From the NCBI GenBank assembly GCA_965237905.1, contig OZ250172.1:256001-320000 (forward strand): a stretch of DNA of 64,000 bases, given 5' to 3'. The notes under the pieces are model-generated. The model made no database searches, had not been told where the DNA came from, and saw only the letters and a list, made by a program, of their open reading frames with translations. Position numbers and translations under genes: made by a program. Positions within the stretch are counted from its first letter, which is position 1, and every line of letters starts with the position of its first letter. This document shows, one piece after another, positions 48,799 to 58,264 of this stretch. The DNA comes from Nitrospinaceae bacterium (GTDB taxonomy: Bacteria; Nitrospinota; Nitrospinia; Nitrospinales; Nitrospinaceae).

Positions 48799-50880
48799 AT
48801 GAACGACTCTAAAACAAAAATTTCCAACACGCTGTTCAATAACCGGCAGTTATTCCTGCGTTACAATCAGTCCAAAATCAACCGCATTCTGGAAACGCTT
48901 TCCTCGACCGACCGTTTGGTTTTCACTCTCATTCCCCGGTTACTGCATATCAATCAAAAAGGTCTTCCCGGCTACATTCAGGATGATGTCCCCTGCGGAA
49001 TCCATAATTTTAAAATCAATCAGGAATATCAAATCGCGGCGGAGCGCCTGTTCCCGAACATCATTTTGAGAGGCGGCGAAAACCATTCTTCCTTTATCGA
49101 CACAGTGTTGCTGATGGGAAGCACTGGGTCCATGGCCCAAAGTCAAAAATCCGATCTGGACTTTACCCTGCTCGTCGATAAGCATAGCGTCTCTCCCGAA
49201 AGACTGGATTTATTCGATAAAAAACTGAAGTTGATTGAAGAGTGGACCTGGAATACCTTCAACCTTGAAATCCATTTTTTCAATAACGACATCCTCGACG
49301 TCAAAAATAACATCTTCGGAGAAAGCGATTCCGAAAGCACCGGCTCCGCCCAGGCGAAATTGTTAAAAGAGGAAATGTATCGTACTGCCGTTATTACCGG
49401 CGGCAAAATTCCCTTCTGGTGGATCGTGCCTCTCGATACGGACGATCGCATGTACAGAAACCTGTATCATCTGGTCAAAACCAATCAAACTCTTTTGAAC
49501 CCGGACGATTTTCTGGATATCGGCAATGTGGATGACATCTCTCAAGGTGAATTCTTTGGCGGGTCGATATGGGCCTTGATCAAATCGTTTAAGGCACCCT
49601 TCAAAACTCTTATTAAGATGAGCCTGCTGGAAGAGTACATGTTCAACAATACGAAATCCAACCTGCTCTGCCATGATATTAAGAAGAAAATATTCAGCGG
49701 CGTTCCTTATGAAAAAATTGATACCTATAAAAACCTGTTCGAAAGGGTGGAAAAATATTTTCTTGCCACCAAGACGGAACGTGAGGTAGACGCTCTTCGC
49801 ATCGCTTTTTATTTAAAGACAGGGTCTAAAGTCAATAATTATGAACTGATTCATGGAAGTACGGACCTCAATAAAAAAATGCTGATCGAACTGATTAATC
49901 GTTGGGATTGGAGTCCGGGAAGAGTGGAAAAACTCAATTCGTATCTGAATTGGCAAATGATGAAAAAAGTGGCTCTGGGAAATCGTATGAACCAGATATT
50001 GATGAACTCCTACAAAAAAATCTCAGAGGCTAATTCCAAGCTGGGACCTGGGAAAAGCCTGATTACCGAAAGGGACACTCATCTTCTGGGACGCAAACTA
50101 TTCAGTTTTTACCGCAAAGCCCTCAACAAAGTGGAGAACCTCTTTGCACTGGTCGACGGAGAAACCAGCGAAATGGAACTGACATTTTTGCTGCATCAGA
50201 CCAATCCGACGGATAAGGGAACCTGGTATCTCATCCGCGGCAAAACCCTGGCCCTGCTGGAGCTGATCCCTCCGGACAATATCATTAAAAAAGCTTCCAC
50301 ATTGCAGTTTCTGATTGCATTCACCTGTTTCAACAACCTATACAACAATGACACCGTCCTGTTATTGCGGGCCGAGCAACAATCGATTAAAGATCAGGAT
50401 CTGAAAACTCTCTTAGGTAACCTGTCCAGCTTTCTGGCGCAGGTTAATATCGCCGATATCTCGAACGAAGATTTATTGGCCACTGCCCGCATCAAACAGG
50501 CTTTTGTCATTGTCGACTTTGGCAATCCCATCCCCAGGGAAATCACTATAGGAAATATCAATGACTGCACAACCAATAAGGAATACTCCAACTATATCAC
50601 CAAGCGCCTGGAGCGGGTTCAAAGTGTGGTCATCATATACCTTACATCCTGGGGGGAGTTGTTCTGCAAAACGTATTCGGGTATAAATTGTATGGGGCGG
50701 AGCCTTAAAGATCTTCGGCCTCAAACGTCCGGCGAAGTGTTGGATAACCCCGATTATTTGAAAGTATTTGTACCTGGGAGCCGTAGAGATTCCATGAACC
50801 TTTTCTGGCTGAACACCTATATCTTGAAATTCTTAGAGTCGGGCATTTCAAAAAGAGAAGCTTCACCTTCATCGAAGTAA
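48799..50880 (+). CDS. cyaA: Class I adenylate cyclase
   Basis: IPRLLH.N..GLPGY, MGSTGSMAQSQKSDLD nucleotidyltransferase motif, GSAQAKLLKEEMYRT, PFKTLIK..LLE.Y. Confidence 0.85.
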   Translation: MNDSKTKISNTLFNNRQLFLRYNQSKINRILETLSSTDRLVFTLIPRLLHINQKGLPGYIQDDVPCGIHNFKINQEYQIAAERLFPNIILRGGENHSSFIDTVLLMGSTGSMAQSQKSDLDFTLLVDKHSVSPERLDLFDKKLKLIEEWTWNTFNLEIHFFNNDILDVKNNIFGESDSESTGSAQAKLLKEEMYRTAVITGGKIPFWWIVPLDTDDRMYRNLYHLVKTNQTLLNPDDFLDIGNVDDISQGEFFGGSIWALIKSFKAPFKTLIKMSLLEEYMFNNTKSNLLCHDIKKKIFSGVPYEKIDTYKNLFERVEKYFLATKTEREVDALRIAFYLKTGSKVNNYELIHGSTDLNKKMLIELINRWDWSPGRVEKLNSYLNWQMMKKVALGNRMNQILMNSYKKISEANSKLGPGKSLITERDTHLLGRKLFSFYRKALNKVENLFALVDGETSEMELTFLLHQTNPTDKGTWYLIRGKTLALLELIPPDNIIKKASTLQFLIAFTCFNNLYNNDTVLLLRAEQQSIKDQDLKTLLGNLSSFLAQVNIADISNEDLLATARIKQAFVIVDFGNPIPREITIGNINDCTTNKEYSNYITKRLERVQSVVIIYLTSWGELFCKTYSGINCMGRSLKDLRPQTSGEVLDNPDYLKVFVPGSRRDSMNLFWLNTYILKFLESGISKREASPSSK

Positions 50881-50956
50881 ATCATGGCGATGACATCCGC
50901 CACTCAAACAGCTGTATAAATATGAGCGCCTCTCTGTTATCGGATCGGAAAATCTA

Positions 50957-51808
50957 ATGTCAAATATTGATGAGATTCTTGCCCTCACAGTAAACAGCAA
51001 TATTCAAGATGGCGTTAATTTCAAATCCTATGATCTCAGCGGCATCAGCCTGAATGGAATATCGTTTATATTTTCCGTTTTTACGGAATCCAATTTTAAC
51101 CAGTCCGAGCTGGTTGACATTAATTTTTCCCAAGCGAATCTAAAGAACACCCGTTTTAAAAACGCAAAAATAAAAAACGTCAACTTTACTTCCGCCAACC
51201 TGGAAAACGCAAATTTCGAAGACGCCACTCTGATCAATTGTATTTTTAAAAACGCCAAACTTGAAAATGCGAATTTTGCCTCGGCGCAGATCAAGGGGTG
51301 TCAACTGCGAGGCTGTAATTTGAACCGCGGTAATCTTTCATCAGCAAAAATCCAGAACAGCGATCTGAGTTTTGCCCGATTGATGTACGCCTATGCCAAA
51401 TCCATCGACATCTCCGGTTCCCGCTTAAATGGCATCAATGCCCGGGGCTCTGATTTTGGGTTTTCTAAAATCAGCAACTCCGATCTCCGGGGAGCCATCT
51501 TAAAATACTCCGATTTCAACTCCTGCACGTTCAAGGGAGTCAAACTCTCGCACGCGGAAATGGTGGGGTGCGAATTGAAGGATTCCTTCTGTAAAGGAAC
51601 GGAAATGGAAGAAATCAACCTGGAAGGAGCCGACCTGACGTACGCCAATCTGGAAGAAGCCAATCTGAAAAACGCTTTTCTCCTCGAAGCCAATCTCCAC
51701 GGCACCAACTTCAGCAAAGCCAACCTCAAGGATGCCTATCTGGTGGACGCCAATATTTCGAAGGCTCTGCTCAAGGAAGCTATTTTGGATAACACGATCC
51801 TGGAGTAG
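50957..51808 (+). CDS. Pentapeptide repeat protein
   Basis: Continuous A(N/D)L.. pentapeptide periodicity over most of 283 aa. Confidence 0.93.
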   Translation: MSNIDEILALTVNSNIQDGVNFKSYDLSGISLNGISFIFSVFTESNFNQSELVDINFSQANLKNTRFKNAKIKNVNFTSANLENANFEDATLINCIFKNAKLENANFASAQIKGCQLRGCNLNRGNLSSAKIQNSDLSFARLMYAYAKSIDISGSRLNGINARGSDFGFSKISNSDLRGAILKYSDFNSCTFKGVKLSHAEMVGCELKDSFCKGTEMEEINLEGADLTYANLEEANLKNAFLLEANLHGTNFSKANLKDAYLVDANISKALLKEAILDNTILE

Positions 51809-51849
51809 AATGCTCTGGAAATTCTTTATCCTCCCAATAAGGCCGACCC

Positions 51850-52221
51850 ATGGCGGTATTTTTTCTAATATTACACTCTGCAGTGATTTTATTCGTGGTG
51901 ATCGGATTTCCAGTCGCGTTGATCACGAACCACCGTTGGTTTCGTCTGATCCATGCCGGGGTCCTCGTCTTCATCACCCTGCTGATGATCCTGCAAATTC
52001 CCTGTCCTCTCACCGTTCTTGAAGAAGCCTCGACAGGAGAATCTTATGAAGGTTCCTTTCTCGCCACCTGGTTGAACCGAATCATTTATATGGAATGGTT
52101 CACTCCCCGCGCGGTTTTTATCGTTGATATGATTTTCGCGGCGCTGGTCTTTTCTTCTTTTTGGTGGCGGCCTCTGAAAAGAAAATCATCTGGTGAGTAT
52201 AAGATCACTTTAGAGAAGTGA
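51850..52221 (+). CDS. DUF2784-like membrane protein
   Basis: LH...ILF.V.G, R.IH, CPLT.LE, F...WL..IIY. Confidence 0.75.
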   Translation: MAVFFLILHSAVILFVVIGFPVALITNHRWFRLIHAGVLVFITLLMILQIPCPLTVLEEASTGESYEGSFLATWLNRIIYMEWFTPRAVFIVDMIFAALVFSSFWWRPLKRKSSGEYKITLEK

Positions 52222-53050
52222 CCGGCAGTACGCACCGGAATCCGACATTTTCGAAATACTCATCGGGTTTGGCTTCGGTCCGGTAAAACGTGTAGCGGTA
52301 CGCCTCCAGAAAATAATGCCCGCCCTTCTGAAACCCGTTGCCGCGAAGCACCTTGAATTCTTTCCCGAATTTTTTAAACTGATAATCATTCCCCGGATAC
52401 GGCTGGTACCAGCTCGCAGTCCATTCCATGACATTCCCCGCCATGTCGTAGACGTTGTAGGGACTGACGTCTTTCGGATAACTGCCGCTTGACGCAAGCG
52501 CCTTGGCGCCATCGACCCCGCTATTGGCCCAGCCTTTTTGATACTCATCGCCCCACGGGAACAATCGGCCATCGGTGCCTCGGGCGGCCTTTTCCCATTG
52601 GGCTTCGGTTGGCAACCGTTTGCCGGCCCAAAGCGCGTAAGTCAACGCTTCCCGCCAGGTGACGTTGGTGACCGGGAGGTCCCCCTTCCCTTCGGGAAAT
52701 GTACCTTCCTCCCAATGGCCGGGAAGTTCTGGAAATTGCGTGGCATCGATAAATTTCTTATATTCGCGATTGGTCACCTCATACTGGTCGATGTAAAACG
52801 CATCGAGGTGGACCTTGTGCTCCGGATGTTGGTCTTTGTAGAGCGGCTTGACGGTGCCGATCTTAAGGTGGGTGTTTTCCGGGTCGGTGCGATTGGTCCC
52901 CATAATGAATTCCCCGGCGGGAACAAGCCTCATGGCCTTGCCATCTACTTCGGAAACCATTTTGGGCGGCAGAAAACCCGGTATCATTTCACAAGCGGAC
53001 AGAAAAATAACAGCGATAAAAAATACGCAAAGGAGACTCTTAGCAAACAT
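52205..53050 (-). CDS. FGE/SUMF1-family (FGE-sulfatase domain) lipoprotein
   Basis: LSAC lipobox; F.ID.YEVTN, RLPTEAQWEKAARG, DMAGNV.EW, GFRC. Confidence 0.9.
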   Translation of the reverse strand: MFAKSLLCVFFIAVIFLSACEMIPGFLPPKMVSEVDGKAMRLVPAGEFIMGTNRTDPENTHLKIGTVKPLYKDQHPEHKVHLDAFYIDQYEVTNREYKKFIDATQFPELPGHWEEGTFPEGKGDLPVTNVTWREALTYALWAGKRLPTEAQWEKAARGTDGRLFPWGDEYQKGWANSGVDGAKALASSGSYPKDVSPYNVYDMAGNVMEWTASWYQPYPGNDYQFKKFGKEFKVLRGNGFQKGGHYFLEAYRYTFYRTEAKPDEYFENVGFRCVLPVTSLK

Positions 53051-53087
53051 TCAGACGAACCGAGGGATATGCTGTTGCATGACGGAT

Positions 53088-53417
53088 TTATTTCTCATCA
53101 TCGTCGTCGTCGTCATCGTCGTCATCATCATCATCATCATCATCATCATCGTCATCCTCTTCTTCCAGCGATTTCTGAAGCTCTTCCTCCTCGGCCGCGT
53201 CCATCAATTCCTTGATCTGTTCATAACCCGTGGCCATCCGCTGAATGTTGATGAGCAGGTTGACCAGCGCGGCGTCTTCCATTTCACGAATACCCGCCAC
53301 CAGGGAGCCCCGCTCATCCTCCCCGTATTTTTCATCAAACCCATCGAATATGCTGATGATCTTATCCTTGCAATGAAGCAGGTCGAAAAAAAAACTTCGG
53401 ATTTCAATCTTAGCCAT
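53088..53417 (-). CDS. Small acidic protein with a 20-residue poly-Asp tail
   Basis: 109 aa, AAGGA SD, helical N-terminus, EEE-D20-EK C-terminus. Confidence 0.8.
   Translation of the reverse strand: MAKIEIRSFFFDLLHCKDKIISIFDGFDEKYGEDERGSLVAGIREMEDAALVNLLINIQRMATGYEQIKELMDAAEEEELQKSLEEEDDDDDDDDDDDDDDDDDDDDEK
53097..53156 (-). repeat. GAY trinucleotide run encoding 20 Asp
   Basis: Mixed GAT/GAC codons including 9 consecutive GAT. Confidence 0.95.
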
Positions 53418-53712
53418 AATATTCCTTATCTCGTATTCGGCAAACGCCCACCGGAACTATCCGGATATGTTCAGTTGAAAATGAAAGCCACAAAATACCA
53501 CAAAAATAATAGATTATTGTAATCGTTATTTATGATGGATAATCCCTCACAATGCTTATACCTAATGAACCTGCTGGAAAATCCACCCAATCCCGCTGGG
53601 ATTAATTTTTGTTTCAAGGAAACTATTGAATTATAATAGCTAAGTCAAGATATAGATCACTTTTTGATTATCAAGACACATCTACTAACCATTAACTTTA
53701 TGGATTTGATGA

Positions 53713-54192
53713 ATGGCTGAAGGAGAACGTTTTGTCGACAACGGGGACGGCACCGTCACCGACACCAAATACAAACTGATGTGGCTGAAGGTCGACAGCT
53801 ATCAGAAAAGAGGTAAATGGTGCAGTTGGAAAGGAGCCCACAAGTTCGTCGCCCGGCTGAATGAAAAAAAATTCGCGGGGCATGAGGATTGGAGACTGCC
53901 CAAAAGCCAGGAGTGCCGCAACCTGTACGAACACGACAGTAAAAACTACGACTTTAACGGAGACATCGTTCACATCGACTACGCCTTTCCCGAGGGATGC
54001 GGATCCACCTACTGGTGCATCGAGGAAAGCGGCATCAACGCCTTGGCCTATAACTTTTACAGCGACCGCGGCTACCAGATACGTAAATCCACGAAAGAGG
54101 ACGCCAACATGTCGTGCCGGCCCGTCCGGACAGCGGGAAAAGCCACTGTTCAGGGACGGACCTCAGCCACCGGCCGCACGCGACGGGCATAG
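53713..54192 (+). CDS. DUF1566 (Lcl) domain protein
   Basis: RFVDNGDGTVTD...LMW, AGHEDWRLP, YW; no signal peptide. Confidence 0.9.
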   Translation: MAEGERFVDNGDGTVTDTKYKLMWLKVDSYQKRGKWCSWKGAHKFVARLNEKKFAGHEDWRLPKSQECRNLYEHDSKNYDFNGDIVHIDYAFPEGCGSTYWCIEESGINALAYNFYSDRGYQIRKSTKEDANMSCRPVRTAGKATVQGRTSATGRTRRA

Positions 54193-54203
54193 AGGAGAAA
54201 ATC

Positions 54204-55391
54204 ATTTCCAATTCCATAGACATACAATCAGCCAACCCACTGGGCTTGCACCGTGCAACCGTGGCGGAGATTCATCTATCGAACCTGCGGCATAATGTGC
54301 AGGCGTTGCGCTCTCTGCTCAAACCCGATGTCCAACTGATGGCCGTCGTCAAAGCCGATGCCTATGGCCACGGTGCACTGCCCTGTACTCGGGCCGTGCT
54401 CGATGCCGGTGCGGATACTTTGGGAGTGGGCATCGTTTCCGAAGGCATCGAACTGAGAGAACAGGGCATCCAGGCTCCTATCCATGTGCTGATCGGAATT
54501 TCCCCGGACGAGGTCGATGACCTGATTCAACACAACTTGACCACCACCTTGCACAGCCGGTCATTGGCAGAAACCCTGGCTCAACGCGCAGGCCTCTTGG
54601 GGAAAGAAATGGGAGTTCATATCAAAGTCGATACCGGGATGGGGCGACTCGGTATTGCTCCGGACCAGCTTCCCGGATTGGTCGAGTTCGTTGCGGGCTT
54701 AAAAAATATCCGAATTGAATCCATCTTTACGCATCTTTCTTCCGCCGACGACGCAGACCCCGGCTTCACGCAGAATCAGATTGAACGTTTTCAGTCCTCC
54801 CTCAACGCACTGAAAAAAGCGAAATTTGATGTCCCGCTGGCGCATTGCGCCAACAGCGCCGCTTTGCTCCAGTTCCCGGAAAGCCAGTTCGATCTGGTGC
54901 GGCCCGGAATCTCTCTGTACGGAGCGTTACCTGCCCCTGGATTGTCCACGGTGATAAAATCTTTGACCACGGAGAACAGAAAATTCTCCCTGCTCCCGGT
55001 CATGCAATGGAAAACGAGAATATTGACCATCAACTCACTTCCCAAGGACTCCCCTGTGAGCTACGGCCAGAAGTTCGTCACCCAGCGTGACAGCCGTATC
55101 GCCACACTCCCCGTCGGCTATGCTGATGGACTGGAACGGCTTTTGACGAACCGGATGAATATATTGGTGCGTGGGCACAAGGTGCCTCAAGTGGGAACCA
55201 TTTGCATGGATATGTGCATGATTGACGTGACCGATATTGCAGAGGCGCAGGAAGGTGACGAGGTGGTCCTGTTCGGTCAGCAAGGAAAGGAAACCATCAC
55301 CGCCGACGAGATGGCCTCCCAAGCCGGAACCATCCCCTACGAAATTTTGTGCGGCGTGGGCAAACGGGTTCCCCGTATTTATTTTCCATAA
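54204..55391 (+). CDS. alr: Alanine racemase (start uncertain: ATT 54204 or TTG 54246)
   Basis: VVKADAYGHG, KVDTGMGRLG, NSA, VRPGI.LYG, GYADG, CMD, TIPYE. Confidence 0.93.
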   Translation: MSNSIDIQSANPLGLHRATVAEIHLSNLRHNVQALRSLLKPDVQLMAVVKADAYGHGALPCTRAVLDAGADTLGVGIVSEGIELREQGIQAPIHVLIGISPDEVDDLIQHNLTTTLHSRSLAETLAQRAGLLGKEMGVHIKVDTGMGRLGIAPDQLPGLVEFVAGLKNIRIESIFTHLSSADDADPGFTQNQIERFQSSLNALKKAKFDVPLAHCANSAALLQFPESQFDLVRPGISLYGALPAPGLSTVIKSLTTENRKFSLLPVMQWKTRILTINSLPKDSPVSYGQKFVTQRDSRIATLPVGYADGLERLLTNRMNILVRGHKVPQVGTICMDMCMIDVTDIAEAQEGDEVVLFGQQGKETITADEMASQAGTIPYEILCGVGKRVPRIYFP

Positions 55392-55397
55392 TATTAA

Positions 55398-56312
55398 CTA
55401 TTTACCGCCACGAATCTCATCTATTTTATTAATACCTTGAGCGGCGCACCAACGGCGGATTCCGTCGATAATTTTGACGGTGACGGCAGGATCAAAGAAG
55501 TTGGCGGTGCCCACCTGAACCGCCGATGCACCGGCCATCAAAAATTCCAGCGCGTCTTCCGCTGTCCGAATACCCCCCATCCCGATCACGGGAATGTTCA
55601 CCGTCCGGGCCACCTGATACACCATGTTCAAAGCAATCGGTTTGATCGCCGGACCGGATAACCCGCCACTGCCATTGGCCAGAAAGGGTTTTCGGGTATC
55701 GACGTCCAGAGCCATCCCGACATAGGTATTGACGAGCGACACCGCATCGGCCCCTGCCGCTTCCGCCGCTTGGGCGATTTCACAGATATCGGTCACATTG
55801 GGGGACAGTTTTACGATTAAAAATTTTTGAGTGGTAGGACGCACAGCCTTCACCACCTGCTCCACAATTTGCGGATTCGAGCTGAAAGCAAGGCCGCCTT
55901 CTTCCACATTGGGACAGGAAATATTCATTTCCAAAGCGTCAATACGCTCCAGTGAAGAAAGTAGCCCCGCCATATCCGCATACTCAGCGACGGTTTCTCC
56001 AAAGAAGTTGGCAATGACGCGGGTCTGATATTTCTCAAGAAGGGGAAGCTTTTCATCCCGGAATTGTTCGAGGCCGACATTTTCCAACCCGATGGCATTG
56101 AGCATCCCCGAAGCGGTTTCAAACACCCGGGGCACCGGGTTGCCCAGGCGAGGTTTCAGGGAGAGTCCTTTGGTGCACAACCCGCCCAACCGGTTGAGGT
56201 CAAGAAACGGGATGAATTCCAACCCATACCCGAAAGTTCCCGACGCGGCAATGACGGGGTTGCTTAGCTCAAAAGCGCCCAACTTGACAGATATATCAGG
56301 ATCAGAGGCCAT
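55398..56312 (-). CDS. pyrD: Dihydroorotate dehydrogenase, family 1 catalytic subunit
   Basis: ASGTFG, GMLNAIGL.N, NISCPN, VKLSPNV, GGLSGPAIKP. Confidence 0.95.
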   Translation of the reverse strand: MASDPDISVKLGAFELSNPVIAASGTFGYGLEFIPFLDLNRLGGLCTKGLSLKPRLGNPVPRVFETASGMLNAIGLENVGLEQFRDEKLPLLEKYQTRVIANFFGETVAEYADMAGLLSSLERIDALEMNISCPNVEEGGLAFSSNPQIVEQVVKAVRPTTQKFLIVKLSPNVTDICEIAQAAEAAGADAVSLVNTYVGMALDVDTRKPFLANGSGGLSGPAIKPIALNMVYQVARTVNIPVIGMGGIRTAEDALEFLMAGASAVQVGTANFFDPAVTVKIIDGIRRWCAAQGINKIDEIRGGK

Positions 56313-56389
56313 CAGATGATTTGTTGAAATTTGTTAAAATTGGCAGGCGGATTTAAAAGCCTAACCTTTTAAAAAACAATGACTTTTGC

Positions 56390-56418
56390 TTGACACTAGA
56401 AATGATGCTGGATATAAT
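56390..56418 (+). promoter_or_regulatory. Perfect consensus sigma70 promoter
   Basis: TTGACA (56390-56395), 17 bp spacer, TATAAT (56413-56418). Confidence 0.85.
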
Positions 56419-56597
56419 ATTCACAGTTTCAGCGGGATAGAGGTTCTGGCTACCCCTGACAACATGCCCTATTCAAATTAACAGATTTTCTCCCGCTGCG
56501 CATTTTTAAATCAGCCAGAATCCGACTCTCCCGATCATAAATCCGGACCACAAAAGTAATTCCTTCTTTCCAATAACCTTTCACTCCCAAAAAAACC

Positions 56598-57680
56598 ATG
56601 GCTGCCAAATTATTTAATGAGCTTGAACAGAGTGAACAACCTCAGCATAGAAGAACCATTAAAAAAATCGATGATTTGATTCTGGATGCGGAGATTGAGG
56701 CTCAGGCCGAGATCAACCAAAAAATGCGTTCCAATAATACCAGAAGGCTTTTGGTAGTTCTGGTTGTAGTAGGATTGTTCTATGTTTTCTATCCGGGAGC
56801 GCAAAACCAGACCATTTCCGTGCCTTCCTTTCTAATGGATGAAGCTCAGGTCGCCGAAGCACCGTCCGCACCGGGGCCTACGCCCAAACCCATTCCTTTT
56901 TCGGTAACCGAGTCCACTCCGGCTAAGGAAGCGTCAGTCTCGGCCCTAAACGAACCGCAAGGGGAAGACCTGAGTCCTTTGGAAAATGAAGTGATTTCCA
57001 TGATTCAAAAAAACCTTGGGGAATCTGGGGGAACGTCTTCAGTCTCGGAACTGGAGCCTGCAAAACCTTCCCAGAATACTTCTCCCATGGTAAAGAGCAC
57101 TTCTCCCTTCACGCCTCTTGCTAAACCTACGAACCCGGCACTCGACCCAGTATCGAAATCCGGAGGAGAGATAGCGCCCTCCCCGTCCAAATCTGCCGCG
57201 CCCCGGCTTACAGAGGCGCAAAGTGAGTTTTTCATACAGGTGGGAGCCTTCTCCGTAAAGGCAAACGCGGATCGCGTGATCAAAAAATTAATGTCCGGTG
57301 GATTTTCCCCACTCGTGCAAACCCGGACAACCCGGTCTTCCATGCATGTCGTTTTCATCGGAGGTTTCGCCGATAAAAAAAGTCCACAAAATATGATTTC
57401 AGAATTGAAGAACAAGGGATTGACCCCCCTATTGAAAAAAAATGATAACGGGAGTTATTCCATTGTTCTGGGCAAAGAAAAATCAAAGGAAAGAGCTGAA
57501 GCGCTCAAACAAAAATTAGCCAAACAAGGTATTTTCACCAGCCTGAAACCGATGAACGTTGACATGCGAATGTTTGTCGTCCGTGTCGGAGGGTTTGAAA
57601 ACAATACGAACGCCCTCAAAGGCCAGGAAAAACTGGAGCATCTGGGCTATAAAGGGACCCTGATTCGCAAGAAATCCTGA
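56598..57680 (+). CDS. SPOR domain protein (TM, Pro/Ser linker, peptidoglycan-binding SPOR repeats)
   Basis: TM helix, low-complexity linker, FIQVGAFS...NA, V.VGGF....A motifs. Confidence 0.88.
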   Translation: MAAKLFNELEQSEQPQHRRTIKKIDDLILDAEIEAQAEINQKMRSNNTRRLLVVLVVVGLFYVFYPGAQNQTISVPSFLMDEAQVAEAPSAPGPTPKPIPFSVTESTPAKEASVSALNEPQGEDLSPLENEVISMIQKNLGESGGTSSVSELEPAKPSQNTSPMVKSTSPFTPLAKPTNPALDPVSKSGGEIAPSPSKSAAPRLTEAQSEFFIQVGAFSVKANADRVIKKLMSGGFSPLVQTRTTRSSMHVVFIGGFADKKSPQNMISELKNKGLTPLLKKNDNGSYSIVLGKEKSKERAEALKQKLAKQGIFTSLKPMNVDMRMFVVRVGGFENNTNALKGQEKLEHLGYKGTLIRKKS

Positions 57681-57698
57681 TATTTTTGAGTTTCTTTT

Positions 57699-57729
57699 GC
57701 CCTCATCCCCGCAGGATGAGGGCTTTTTT
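57699..57729 (+). terminator. Intrinsic terminator
   Basis: GCCCTCATCC-ccgca-GGATGAGGGC followed by TTTTTT. Confidence 0.9.
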
Positions 57730-57902
57730 ATGTCCTCTCCCGGAAAAATGTCTAAAAACCCGTATTTTTGTCTGTAATATATGTCATCCTCAAGCGACTA
57801 ATATGAGATTTGAAAGGTTTCCGGCAAACCTCACCCAGTTACGGGAAGAAAAACTATTTCGTATCCATTAATCTGGTTCCACACCATACTCAGGAGTAGT
57901 TC

Positions 57903-58199
57903 ATGAAGAAAACAGTCATCCTATTGTCAGCTTTGATGTTCTCTATCGCACTTATGATACCCAGCCTGATGTGGGCTGATGACATGAAACATATGGAAGA
58001 GGGTTCAGGTAAGAAAATGGATAAATCCTCCGCAGAGTATAAAGAGAAGCATTCCAAAGAGTACAAAGATGGCAAAGGTCATATGAAGGAAGGCAGCGCG
58101 GGTAAAGAAGAGTATGATAAAAGTGCCGACCATAAAAAAATGGAAGAAGGAAGCAAGGACGGCAAAAAAATGGCCGCTCCAAAAAAAGAGGGCAGTTAA
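57903..58199 (+). CDS. Small secreted Lys/Glu/Met/His-rich protein with EGS repeats
   Basis: AGGAG SD, signal peptide, four (M/K)(E/K)EGS motifs. Confidence 0.8.
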   Translation: MKKTVILLSALMFSIALMIPSLMWADDMKHMEEGSGKKMDKSSAEYKEKHSKEYKDGKGHMKEGSAGKEEYDKSADHKKMEEGSKDGKKMAAPKKEGS

Positions 58200-58224
58200 T
58201 TTCTGCAAAAAGCGCGTCACTTAG

Positions 58225-58264
58225 AAAGCCAGGGAGTCCATCAGGATTCCCTGGCTTTTCTTTT
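58225..58264 (+). terminator. Intrinsic terminator
   Basis: AAAGCCAGGGAGTCC-atca-GGATTCCCTGGCTTT followed by T-rich tract. Confidence 0.88.

Noticed and set aside
52538..53522. Plus-strand ORFs with poly-His or poly-Ile/Val runs
   Set aside because: These are alternative-frame readings of the reverse complement of the GAY Asp run and overlap two better-supported minus-strand genes.
52205..54192. FGE-sulfatase and DUF1566 genes close together; both domain types are known DGR target folds
   Set aside because: No reverse transcriptase, no Avd-like gene and no template repeat matching either 3' end is visible in the window.
56430..56463. Superficial resemblance of AGCGGG..AGAGG..CUGGC..CCCUGACAAC to a SAM-I riboswitch
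   Set aside because: The AUC..GAG start and GGCAACC/GUGC core are missing, and the downstream gene is unrelated to sulfur metabolism; kept only as an unassigned structured leader.
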